Assembly: GCA_053919585.1 (NCBI GenBank)
Contig: CM132786.1
Reading direction: 5' to 3' (one strand)
Length of the DNA stretch: 64,000 nucleotides
Source: Euprymna scolopes
Taxonomy: Eukaryota
Position numbers and translations under genes: made by a program. A model generated the notes under the pieces. It was not told where the DNA came from. It searched no databases and saw only the letters and a list, made by a program, of their open reading frames with translations. Each line of letters starts with the position of its first letter. The first letter of the stretch is position 1. This document shows, piece by piece, positions 39,118 through 50,520 of the stretch.

Positions 39118-40825
39118 CTTTTAGACCAGTTTGATACATTCACTTAATGTATGGTTATGGTTTCCTCTCTTTTGACGGGGTCTGCATTTCCTGGTTTCTT
39201 ATTTTATTTGTCGATTTTTGCTTCGATGTGGATTGTTTTTATCGGGGTATCTTTTTCTGCCTTCATAAGGAATTCACTGTCAAGGTTTACGTGTTCTTTT
39301 CACATCCATGTCACAGTGTTTTCGTTAATCTCATATTTTCTGTTCCATATGAATCTTCGGTGTAGTTGTTTCTCTTTCAATTTTTATTTTCTTAATTTAT
39401 CCTTTTTCTCTGTTTTCTGTTTTATTGATTTTTTCCGTGTATCTAGCTGCCATGATTATCTTTTCAGTGTTTTGTATTATGTATTTTCTAGTGTTTTGTG
39501 TCATTGACATAGTTTTCTATAAAACCAGATCCCTGCCGCCACCGTTCTTCATCACATGCCGTCGAGTAACATCGTTCTTAATATGTAGTTAATTGTGCGT
39601 GGCCATGGGTTTCCTTGTTTTCTGATTGAGCTGTCTCAGTCCTTCTTTAAATCACCCCATGAACAGCCCAGATTATCTTACTATTATATTGCCGTTATAT
39701 TTGTACCGTTTATAATGTTCCTTCTATAAAATTTTGTTTCGAGTATTGTTCTTGTTCTCCTGAAGTATTACTTTCCAACTCTCTCTTTCATTTCTATTCC
39801 TTAGATAGCGTCTGCTTCCAGAACTCCCATGTATTTATAGGCTTTTGTTACACTAGTGTTCTCATCATTGTTTTTTGGGTAGTTTCTATGTCTTCACTCG
39901 TCTTCAGTTTTCCATTTTTTATCACTAGTAGTTCGGAATTTTCCATAAAAAAACTCCATTTGGGTATCCTGACTGACGATCATGGTGGTGTGTATTAGTG
40001 TCTCGAGTCTGCAAAATTTAAAAATCGCCCATGTACATCAGGTGGTTACATTTTTCTCCCTGTTACATAGCTTGTATCCGACTTTGCAATTTCTCAGTAT
40101 ATTCTTCAGAGGCATCATGGCTATGCTGAACAGTAATGTCTATACTAGATCACCTAGGTAGATGCTTCTTTGTATGTTTATTTCTGTTATGTGTTGCCCA
40201 ACATCTGTTAGTTCCAGTTGCAATTATTTTATTGCATTTTCAAAAACGGTGATGATCCTGATTGGTATTTTATACATTGTAGCCATTCAATTATCCATGC
40301 TTGGGGGAGTCTGTAGAACGCCTTTTTGTAGTCGATCCATACCTGGGTTTATTTCTTTATTCATAGTTTTAACTCCTTTAGGACCTTTTGATCTATGTAT
40401 AGCAGATCAAGTGTTCCTGTTTTTTCTGTCTGGCATCCTGGAGTCAACGCTTATTGAGTGAATAGTAGATTTCTTGCATGAAGTGTGCTGTTAGCATTTC
40501 CCACAATCTCGTGATAGGCTAATAGTTGCTGGTGTAGTTCCTTTCTCTGTGCCCTTCTGCATCAGTGGAGGTATGCCTTTTGCCATCTAAGCTGGCACGT
40601 TTGTTTCCCGTATACATCTCATTCCTTCGACTAGTTTTCTGTTTAGTACTCGGATCGTTTTTGAACTAGTATGTATGTATCCCCACGTGTCCTGCTGCCT
40701 TCCAGTTATCCATTTTTCCTTTTTTAATTGTTTCTTTGCTGATACTATTCACTGCTCCTTTTGTTTAATGTCTTTCAGCCAATTGGGATTTCTGTTGTTC
40801 TGCCTTTCTTACTACCTGTCTACTT
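39115..40825 (-). mobile_element. R4/Dong-like (RLE) non-LTR retrotransposon, RT and CCHC region, degenerate
   Basis: Minus strand gives RSIYLGDLV.TLLFSIAMMPL (cf. RGIFQGDSLSPLLF..M.PL), NHLMYMGDF (cf. NHLxYMDD), YKYMGVLEA and CRP..ET..H.LSECIKL. Ends at a (TA)n tract. Confidence 0.8.
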
Positions 40826-40829
40826 GACA

Positions 40830-41580
40830 AGCGTAAATGTATATGTTTTATAGAGAAGATACACTCCATATTCACAGCACCCCTCAAGTTACAAACTGAT
40901 ATGGAAGAAAGTCCCTTACGCTTTCAGGTTCCCTACGAGTTTTCAGTGGCTGACTCGGCCTTCCATGATTCGGGGTCTGAGTACTCAAGCAGGAAGGCTC
41001 CTCAGTGCGAGCCTGTCTGTGTGCTCTAATATATCTCGCTCTGAAATGTTTCGATTCTCAAAGGGGCAGTTCGTTCCATGTCAGAATTTGTTTATAGACA
41101 AGTACGGTTTTTCTGGGCTGATCCTTCATCTGTCAGGGATTCAGCAGTTCGCCGATCCGAAGAGTTTGACGGAGCCCCGACGAGACAGTGTCATTAGACG
41201 ATGTGTCAGGAGCAATTTCAGTACCATGATAATCCAGAGGGATTTCAGTATAAGAGGGAGTTATCTGCCCTCAGGGGTTTCCACATTGCTGGTAGATATC
41301 CGGCAGGTGTTAAGTTTCTTAGAGACAGATTAGACTCTCTACAATCTGCATGTTGTACTAGAACGTATTGGAGGTTCACCTCCATGAGATCTTTCTCGTC
41401 AATTAAGGGATCATTCTTGGTGTAATGTGAATGTCGTGAAACACAATACCGGATCGAAACAGCCAAGATGGAAACGAAGATCCCACCGGTTTCCACCGCT
41501 GAAAAGGTAAAACCTTTTATGTTGGATGGCATTCGTGGTGGTACACAATAATGATCGAATGGCGTATAGAGCGACAAAAA
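40830..41580 (-). mobile_element. RTE-like LINE APE endonuclease fragment nested in the R4-like element
   Basis: GC-richer block; TKNDPLIDEKDLMEVNLQYVL resembles the APE PT...EKD.FY..LQ motif. Low-identity call. Confidence 0.45.
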
Positions 41581-41843
41581 GAGACTGCATTTGTTTTTTT
41601 GTATTTTTCGGCCATGTTGTGTTTATCTTCCCATCTCCGTTTTCTTGTCATATAGATGATTTCTTTTTGTATCTTGCATGTTTCTTCCGTGTCTCCGGTT
41701 GAAGTAATTATTATTGTAGTGGCCCCTCATGATGTACTTTTCGAATCCATTTTGTGTATTTTACACCGCCTTTTATACGGGCCAGTCCTCCTCCGTCGCT
41801 CCTATTTACATTTAATCTTACAGTATCATCTTCGGGTGTAGTG

Positions 41844-41917
<74 letters not shown>

Positions 41918-41919
41918 TT

Positions 41920-42400
41920 ATTGGCTCACCTGTAGCATTCACACGAGTCAGTAAACGATCTGATTGGAGACCTGTGGTGTTCTCTGGAAGCTGAGTGGCA
42001 ACAAGTCCCCGCAGACGTACAACTCTCTCCTCCTCTTCGATGGCATTTGCAAATAAATTTGCATCATCGGAACATCCTCTTACCATTGATTTCTCGCTGT
42101 CAGTTGGCATTGGTTTATACTGGAATGTGAGTGGCACTAAGCCTCCCCAATTATTATTATTATTTTTATTATTGGCTCACATGGAACTTTCACACAAGTC
42201 AACAAACGATCTGATTGGAAACCTGTAGTATTCTCTGGAAGCTGAGTGACAACACGCCTCCCCAGACGTCCAGACCTCTCCGTCTCCTTCGATAGTATTT
42301 GCAAATGAATTTGCATCATCGCAACAGCCGCTTACCATTGATTTCTCGCTGGTAGTGGCCATAGGTTTATGCTGGAATTTGACTGGCACTCAGCCTCCCC
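41920..42400 (-). repeat. Two ~230-bp direct repeats separated and flanked by (ATT)n; probable 5' region of the R4-like element
   Basis: ATTGGCTCAC...GGAAGCTGAGTG...GGCACT(A/C)AGCCTCCCC at 41920-42149 and 42172-42400. Confidence 0.85.
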
Positions 42401-42599
42401 AAGGTCCCAGTTCTTTATGCGTTTGTCCAGCCGAGGTCTGGTTGGCGCTCGCTCCTCGGTCTTTCAGTGCTTATTGACCCTTCTCGGTCCTTTGGTATCA
42501 TTTTTTGGGGGGGGGGGGATCGGTGATGAAACCATGGGGGGGGAGTGCATGATGTGGGGTGTAGAACTTGTAAATATGCAGTTTCTGTGTTCTTCATTC

Positions 42600-43067
42600 C
42601 CTATAACGCTTATTCGTTATATTGTCCTGTATTATTCTGCGCATTCAAGGTTTTCCTTAATATTTCAGTCGTTTTCATTATTGTTAGTCGTTGTACTTTT
42701 ACAGTTGTTCCTCTGATTCAAATTTCTGACATTCTTTTTTCGATGTTTTTCGGGATTGTTCCTAGTGCTCCTCCTATTATCGGTACTATTTGGATTTTCT
42801 TCATCATCCAAATCCCTTTTAACACTCTGGCTATCTCTGTGTATTTGCTTCGTTTCTCTTTTTCTTTCATACTCACCCTGTGATCAGCTGGGACTGCAAA
42901 GTCCACGATTAGACAGGAGTTTGCTTTCTTGTTAATTATTACGACATCTGGTCTTCTTGCTGGGATGGGTTTGCCCGTCTGTATGTCCATATCCCATAGG
43001 ATTTTGTGGTCCTCGTTTTCGAGTGCTGTTGCATGTTTATGCTTGTACCCTTTGTCTGTTCGCTCAA

Positions 43068-43068
<1 letters not shown>
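42600..43068 (-). mobile_element. R4/Dong-like restriction-like endonuclease 3' fragment abutting (TAA)n
   Basis: ORF 42718-42990: ARRPDVVIINKK..CLIVDFAVP..KEKEKRSKY..IVPIIGGALGTI, a PD..D RLE signature. Confidence 0.9.
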
Positions 43069-43120
<52 letters not shown>

Positions 43121-43285
43121 CATCGTTATTGTTGTTTAATATGTTATTATTATTTTAATATTATTATTATTGTTAATGTCATTATTATTATCGTCATTGT
43201 TTTAATATTATCGTTATTGTTTTTATTATTGTTATTATTATTATTATTGTTGTTATTATTATTACTATTGTTATTTTTATTATTA
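43069..43285. repeat. (ATT)n and degenerate (ATT/GTT)n microsatellite
   Basis: Directly visible. Confidence 0.95.
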
Positions 43286-45004
43286 TTCAGCAAGTATACA
43301 ATAAAGTAAATTTTTGTCTGTATTCGACTCAATTTTGCTCTTGAAACGGTGTTGAACTCCACCAGATTTCAACCATTGAAACTGCTTTTGCTTAATATCA
43401 AGTATTTACATCCTTAGAGATGGTGTCGCCAATATTATTTACTGGAGACGTTTAACCAATAACTAGAGTAATTGTTACTATGNNNNNNNNNNNNNNNNNN
43501 NNNNNNNNNNNNNNNNNNNNNNNNNNNNNNNNNNNNNNNNNNNNNNNNNNNNNNNNNNNNNNNNNNNNNNNNNNNNNNNNNNNNNNNNNNNNNNNNNNNN
43601 NNNNNNNNNNNNNNNNNNNNNNNNNNNNNNNNNNNNNNNNNNNNNNNNNNNNNNNNNNGTTGTAGAAGAAATATTAATGATATTCATGTCTTGTTTAGCT
43701 GTTTTTTTTTTAAAGTTTTGTCTGTTCAGTGCAACAGTCTTCTGTAATATAATTATTCCTATTCCTAGTATCACTACATGTAGTAATGCTACTGCTAATT
43801 ATACTAAATCGTTCTCTAATTATTATCTGTGCTTCAAACATTTATAAAAGTTGTCCTCCGTTAATCCTTTATATGTTTTATTCTTTGGTTTGTTTTATTC
43901 CCTTCTACTTCACATTTCCGTCTCCTACTTCATTCATTTTCCATTTTTAACTTTCGTATTTATATTGCGATTCCAGCTATCTTTTCCGCACATCCCCTTA
44001 GAAATCATTCCCCTAATATGTCTGTTCGTGTTCAGTTTTTTTTGTTTTGTTTTTTGCTTTGTTTTGTAAAAGTGCTTTGTCTTTACTGCGCATAACAGCG
44101 AACAATCTAAAGTTTTGCTTTCTGTTTTCTAAAAGTTCATTCGTCTTCTAATTAATTTTCATTTCACTTGGCATAAAGAAGCAATTAGTCTTCCGTTTTC
44201 CATTTCAAGTATTTGGTCCTGATTTAACTTCCTCCCGTTTCTACGTTTGTGTTTTCTTGAGAGAATGTCTATACGTAGTTGTACCAAACGACATGGAAAT
44301 TTACAATTAGACAACAAAACATAGACCGTTTCAGCATCTCAAATTGAAAACTAAAATAAAATAACCAGAATTAATCAGTAAATTGGAATAGACAAGGAAC
44401 AAACAAATACGGTATTCCAAACAACGAGTTCATGGCTTCAGCTCTTTTAGAAATCGTTGATCAATATAACGAGTGTAGTAGAAAAATTGCTTAGATTATT
44501 TCTGTCTCATCTATTAATCAATGAAACAGTTCACATAGAACATAGACAAATTGTCAACAATAATATAATGCAAGTATTATAAAAAATAATACTTTCTGCA
44601 TGCATTCGTTTTAGTTGACGTAAAATCTATGATAATCGTAATGTGAACAATCTTGTCACATATATTTATAAAAAGCTAGACACGTGTATACATGCATAAT
44701 TGCGTATGCTAAAATAATCCCTAAAAAATACAGGGATCATGCAAGTCAGATTCTTTCTAAAATACTTATTAAATCAATATTATTTGGCGGAATTGAGAAT
44801 AGATAGGGGAGTTCTTGTATTATTCTCCAAAAGCCCATGATTTATTTCTATGCAGGTTAGTTAGTTCTGTTCCGTTCTGCAAACTAACTAAAACGAGTGA
44901 AAATTACTCTTAGTTTTATTTAGAGTAGCCTATTAAATAATATACCAATTATAGTATTTCGAAACAACTCATATTGGCATCATAAAATATGATTTTATAA
45001 TACA

Positions 45005-45339
45005 ACTGCCATCCGTAGTTGTTTTCGTCTCACGACATTTCTGACCAATTTACCTCGCCTTCGGTGGGATTGGCACGCCTTCGGTGGGATTGAAACCGCT
45101 ATCTTCAGACAATGTTCATCTGAATCGTAGATCAGATAATAAATACACGTGGATTTATAAGATCAAAGAATCCAACCTTGATCGCCCTTCGGGGCCCGTG
45201 GCGCAGTTGATAGAGACGTTGAATCTCTACGGTTCCAGATGAACATTGTCTGAAGATAGCGGTTTCAATCCCACCCAAAGCGTGCCAGAGGTTAATTGGT
45301 CAAAAATGTGGTGAGACGACAACAACTACGGATGGCAGT
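45005..45339. repeat. ~115-bp inverted repeat (arms 45005-45131 and 45226-45339)
   Basis: ACTGCCATCCGTAGTTGTT..GGGATTGAAACCGCTATCTTCAGACAATGTTCATCTG is the reverse complement of CAGATGAACATTGTCTGAAGATAGCGGTTTCAATCCC..AACAACTACGGATGGCAGT. The left arm has an internal duplication, CGCCTTCGGTGGGATTG x2. Confidence 0.95.
45184..45287 (+). ncRNA. tRNA-like Pol III head (SINE-like or pseudo-tRNA)
   Basis: A box TGGCGCAGTTGA at 45199-45210 and B box GGTTTCAATCC at 45261-45271. Anticodon-like stem-loop GAAT-CTCTACG-GTTC and variable-arm hairpin CAGATGA-ACA-TTGTCTG. Confidence 0.65.
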
Positions 45340-45370
45340 GATGGCTGAGAATGCAGTAAGGAGATTCGAA

Positions 45371-45434
45371 GTTCCTATCCGTCGCGGTTACCACCTGACG
45401 AAGGCCAGAGGAAGTTGGCCGAAACGGTGTGAAC
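45371..45434 (+). ncRNA. Type III hammerhead ribozyme
   Basis: CCGTC^ - GCGG-TTA-CCAC - CTGACGA-A - GGCCA-GAGGAAGT-TGGCC - GAAA-CGG. Helix III CCGT/ACGG is extended by GTTC/GAAC. GUC triplet, perfect 5-bp helix II, and one C-A mismatch in helix I. Predicted cleavage 3' of 45383. Confidence 0.85.
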
Positions 45435-45538
45435 CAATAAAAAGATCCAAAAACAACAACTAACAAAGATGAGACTAATAGTTAAAAATAAAAATTAACT
45501 TATAATGCTCATCTCAAAAAAATTAATTCCAATTAAGG

Positions 45539-45594
<56 letters not shown>

Positions 45595-45604
45595 GCTAGG
45601 TAAT

Positions 45605-45986
45605 ATACAAATATTTGTGCGTGAGGTCGCCAAGCTAATCAAACACCTTTATTCCATTAAAGCAACTGGTTTGACACTATTCCAATTATAGTGTTAAAAA
45701 GCTACAACAACAACTTGTCCCGATACTTACCAAACTGTTTAAGCGCTGCCTTAAGGAGAAGTGTTTTCCAACACCCTGGAAAACCTCATCAGTATTACCT
45801 GTATTTAAGAATTCATGTGATAAGTCATCTCCCTCTCATTATAGACCAATACGTCTCCTGTGTCTCATGAGTAAGTTAATAGAATCCATATTAAATACTG
45901 AAATAATCAACCACCTCTGCACAATAACTTAGCTTCCTAGTGGCACGCAATATGGTTTCGGTTCTGCTAGATCTACAGCAGATGTG

Positions 45987-45988
<2 letters not shown>
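45605..45988 (+). mobile_element. CR1-group LINE internal fragment between two (TA)n tracts
   Basis: Colinear with 28555-28930 (IPIIVLKKLQQQLVPILTKLFKRCLKEKCFP, QYGFGSARSTA). Confidence 0.88.
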
Positions 45989-46055
<67 letters not shown>

Positions 46056-46974
46056 GAAAAGTAGCCTGCGAAATACATTCCTCGCATATAAATGTGGAGA
46101 GTATGGAAACAGGCTACCAATTCAGAGCATTGAGTTGTCTTACACATGCATGACAAAGAGAAGACGGTATTGTAATGTTTCGTACATTTCGTATAATCAT
46201 TTATTTTAAAGGGGCAGTAAATTACTTAATCAATAAATAAGGCCCAACATTTTGAGGTCTGCAAATAAAATATTTCGAGAACAAAGACTAGTATTGTAAT
46301 CGTTCCCTGTGTTTAATTAATAACGCATTCCTTTTCCTGATCTGTTATCAACATTTTCAACTCATAATGTTTTAAGTTATTATGCAGTTTGATTTAAGAG
46401 AATTAGCAATCGGTTATTGTTTTAATACATACCAAGCCTAACAGTAGTAGCGGAACTCGTTTATGATAGAGGATTCCATTTAAAACAGATTTGTTATTTA
46501 ATTTATTTAAATTCAATTTAAAAACCTATTTTCCCGTACATCACCCACACACATACACACATAACACTTTTTATAAAAGTAATAGCAAGGGGAGAATTGA
46601 TTCCATATATTTCTCATTTATTATATCTCCCCTCTTTTTGGAAATATGGTACGATGTTTAATATCACAACTCTCAAATAATCCTCATACAGTTTTAAATT
46701 TATTTTATGTATAAAAAACGACACAGGAAGGTATAATATATAACCTATTTTGAACCAGTTCCTCCCTTTATTTTATTTAATGTCATGTGCACCAAGTTTA
46801 ATTCTCCCCTCACCAAAGTTACGGATTTTGGGGAAATATCTGAAATTGTGTAGTTCATATGCACAACTAGAAAACAAATTAATATGATTGAAACATTAGT
46901 TAAACTACAGTAGCTGTCAACCCTCATAAAAAACGAGTAGTTTCTCATAATATGAAGAAATAATAGTGTCAAGA

Positions 46975-47390
46975 GAGGATCTATATCAATTTAAGGTTAA
47001 ATAGACATCAACTTTATAGACGCATTTAAGGTGGGTCTGTTATTTTTGTGTAGGTGGTGTTCATAACCAAATCGCTCCCTAGTACACGAGCACAAAACAA
47101 TACCTACGAAACATGTGTTTTGGATATTTTCGAGTGTGCTGAAAACGAATATGGCATGTACATTTTCAGTAAATACTTATTCTTCAGGTATTAAATAATG
47201 ATATGCTTTATGGTATAAGTAGTGCACGGAATGGTTAAATGCGATATTAATGTTCAGCACGTGCGAAAACAATATAAAAGCAACATTTTAAAGTAAGTTT
47301 GTTGTTTATCTACATACAACAATAAACACTACGACTACCAAAAATAACAAACCTTCTCAAAAAGGGGGTCTTTAAACTGGACCTCATTTT
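46975..47390. mobile_element. Possible degenerate MITE (nested imperfect inverted repeats)
   Basis: GTTATTTTTGTGTAGGTGGTGTT versus AACACTACGACTACCAAAAATAAC, and TTTTCGAGTGTGCTGAA versus TTCAGCACGTGCGAAAA. Confidence 0.45.
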
Positions 47391-48028
47391 ACGATAATCT
47401 CATAGAAAAAATTGATCCCCAACTTTTGGAAATATTAATTTATGTAGATTTCGGAAACTAGACGTTTCATAGAATTCAATTGAGTATTTTAATTTCATTA
47501 TTCTCGAATCCTATATTATTTGTAATTTTAAAGACCTGTTGATTATAGAAAGATATGCACCTCTACGGAAACATTAAAGTCTGTACGAATGAGCCAAAAA
47601 TCATCTATGGATGATAAATGATCCTTTTAATGGGACGAATGTTACAGAGCCCAATAGAAAATGTCGGTCATTACCTTTCAAAAGAGCTTGCTTCATTGTG
47701 TTCTGATGAACACGCGATGAGGTTTGGAACATTTANNNNNNNNNNNNNNNNNNNNNNNNNNNNNNNNNNNNNNNNNNNNNNNNNNNNNNNNNNNNNNNNN
47801 NNNNNNNNNNNNNNNNNNNNNNNNNNNNNNNNNNNNNNNNNNNNNNNNNNNNNNNNNNNNNNNNNNNNNNNNNNNNNNNNNNNNNNNNNNNNNNNNNNNN
47901 NNNNNNNNNNNNNNNNNNNNNNNNNNNNNNNNNNNNNNTTCATTGTTCGACTTAATACTTTCCCAAAAATAATTTACAAAGCCCCTTTTCCGGGGAGTTT
48001 TAAAGAATTCTATTCTTGTTATTCTTTT

Positions 48029-48075
<47 letters not shown>

Positions 48076-48476
48076 CAATGACCACTTATTCATTTCTTAA
48101 TCGCTATACTCTACAAACACTCTCATAATGCACTTTAAATCTTCCAAAATATCTTTCTCGCAATACTGTAATACCTGGAAAATTATTCCTTAATAAATAT
48201 TTTCTAATAGTTATGCTTACAACAGCTCGTGCATTTGGATCTTTGTGAAAGTTTTGCAGTCTTTACAAATATTATTTTAATAATGCATCGTTAGGATTGC
48301 ATAACCATTATGAAGAAAAAACATATTTAAACCAATCAAATATGACCAAATGGTTTTACATTTGTACGTATAGTGACATGATAAGGAAAGCTGCCGTTTT
48401 ACTGCTTTAGGATCAATTTTACTAAGGGCTTTTCTTTGCTTGTTTTTATCTCTTGTGGCTGTGTCAAACAACTTAA

Positions 48477-48544
<68 letters not shown>

Positions 48545-50470
48545 TTCTGTAGAAATGTATTTTTCTTTATATATCTAACCTCATATAAGAAACTCAATAT
48601 GATTACAGAGCAATATATAGATCAAATGACAAAACTTTATACTCCAAAATTCATGATGTTGAAAATATTAATNNNNNNNNNNNNNNNNNNNNNNNNNNNN
48701 NNNNNNNNNNNNNNNNNNNNNNNNNNNNNNNNNNNNNNNNNNNNNNNNNNNNNNNNNNNNNNNNNNNNNNNNNNNNNNNNNNNNNNNNNNNNNNNNNNNN
48801 NNNNNNNNNNNNNNNNNTTGGATTCAAAATAGCTTGGAATCAAAATTATGATAGTATTAAAAATTATTAAAGCATGTGTGCGACTAAATCAAGGCAAAAT
48901 GTTATTAAATATGAGTACATTTTAGTAAATATATATTTTTGATATAACGTCGTAGCTTAGATCGAATAGTTAAATCACGTCTTAAGAAAAGCAGAAATTA
49001 ATGGAGAGTCTATCATCCGTACCCCTTGAAATACTTCATGTTACTCAGAATTCAAGACCTTCTTCATCCAGATGGCGATCACACAGTCTTCAACAACAAT
49101 CAACAGGGACTTATATATTTCTTCGATAAATCCAATTTCTCACTCGGGGAATCTTTGTTGTTGCTGATATTTGTAGTTCTAAAACATCCTTGTATTTTTC
49201 AACACTTCTAACCTCACAAGATTTTAAGATATTTGCAAAAAGGACAACTAGAGAAGCAGGTGTGTCAGACAAAAATATCTCAACTGCAGTTCTTACGACT
49301 TGATTTTAACTTTCTAAGAAATATATACTCAAACATGCTTCATTGTAACTGCCAACATTTTTTCATCAATATATTTTAGGAAAGATGGTGAAGTGAATCT
49401 TCCTACTTAGTTAACAAAGGGCATCGGAAAGAAACATCCACAGTGACTTCGGTGCACAGAAAACACACTCTCTTTAACATCAGACCTTCTTTTATCCTGT
49501 TCCATGCGTTGTTTCTCCAGGTGTTACAAAATGGAACCTGATTATAAATAATATTTTATTCCAATTTAAAATGGAGTAAGAGTTCTCATTTGGATCAGCA
49601 GTGACTTGAGTAACTTTTTCGTTTGTGAAATAAACTCCTTGACCATTTTAAAGCTGAACACCAAACTGCAGAGTGAAAAATGCCTCCCATTAAAAATAAT
49701 CTAAAATACGCCCAAAAGTTACATTAGTACCTATATAACTACCACGCTCATATTGAGTAAATTAATGACTCACACATTTATAAGGAAAACATGGCGGCAT
49801 CAGATCGTTTATTTATTCATTTACAAATATTTATAATATACTTTACAAGGTTGCAAATTTACTATTTATATGAACATTGTGTTCTTTGAAAGTTTGGGGA
49901 AGTTTGGTACAATGAAGCTATTGGCAAACCAATGCATGCAAACAATAGTTTTCAATTTTCAGCCTGTCTTTTTTTTCTATAAAACGGATTATCATCCTCA
50001 CTAAACAATTTTCCGGTATAAATTTTCTAGGGCATATTTTGTACATTGGCCATCAAGCATGCAAGGTGAATTTCTATTATATTCCTATCAGGAAACGTAG
50101 CATATATAGTTGAATCAATTAGCTTGTAGTTGGACTTCGGATGAGTTACAGTTGTATATGCGCATTAGGCAAACCTCTCTTTCTCTTCTCAGTTGTCTAC
50201 ATGCAGTATCGTAATGACCAACGATTTCTGTTGCTTATCAAATTCCTCATTTTTATTATGTCTAATCGAGGCACTCTGGCCAATAGATCTTGCCTATTAG
50301 TGTATCTTTGTCCAGTGCCATGTCTATTAGTATCTTTTCCACTTCGTATGTTGAGTTAATGTGATAAAATTACTCATTCTGCGTGATTCTTGAAATGTCA
50401 TAGAATCTTGGGCCCATTCAATATATATCGTTGAAATGTGAGGCTAAAAAGTTAAAGGCCTGTTTGACCA

Positions 50471-50520
<50 letters not shown>

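Noticed and set aside
42400-42500. HDV-like ribozyme in the R4-like leader (CCAG-ACCTCGG-CTGG on the minus strand)
   Set aside because: It has a P3/L3-like hairpin, but I found no P1 partner or P1.1 GG.
45467-45514. SECIS element in the hairpin after the type III HHR
   Set aside because: ATGA and an apical A run are present, but there is no 3' GA to form the quartet, and ATGAG is Watson-Crick paired instead.
49020-49560. Decayed coding sequence on the minus strand (possible transposase)
   Set aside because: Only vague motif resemblance, too weak to assign without a search.
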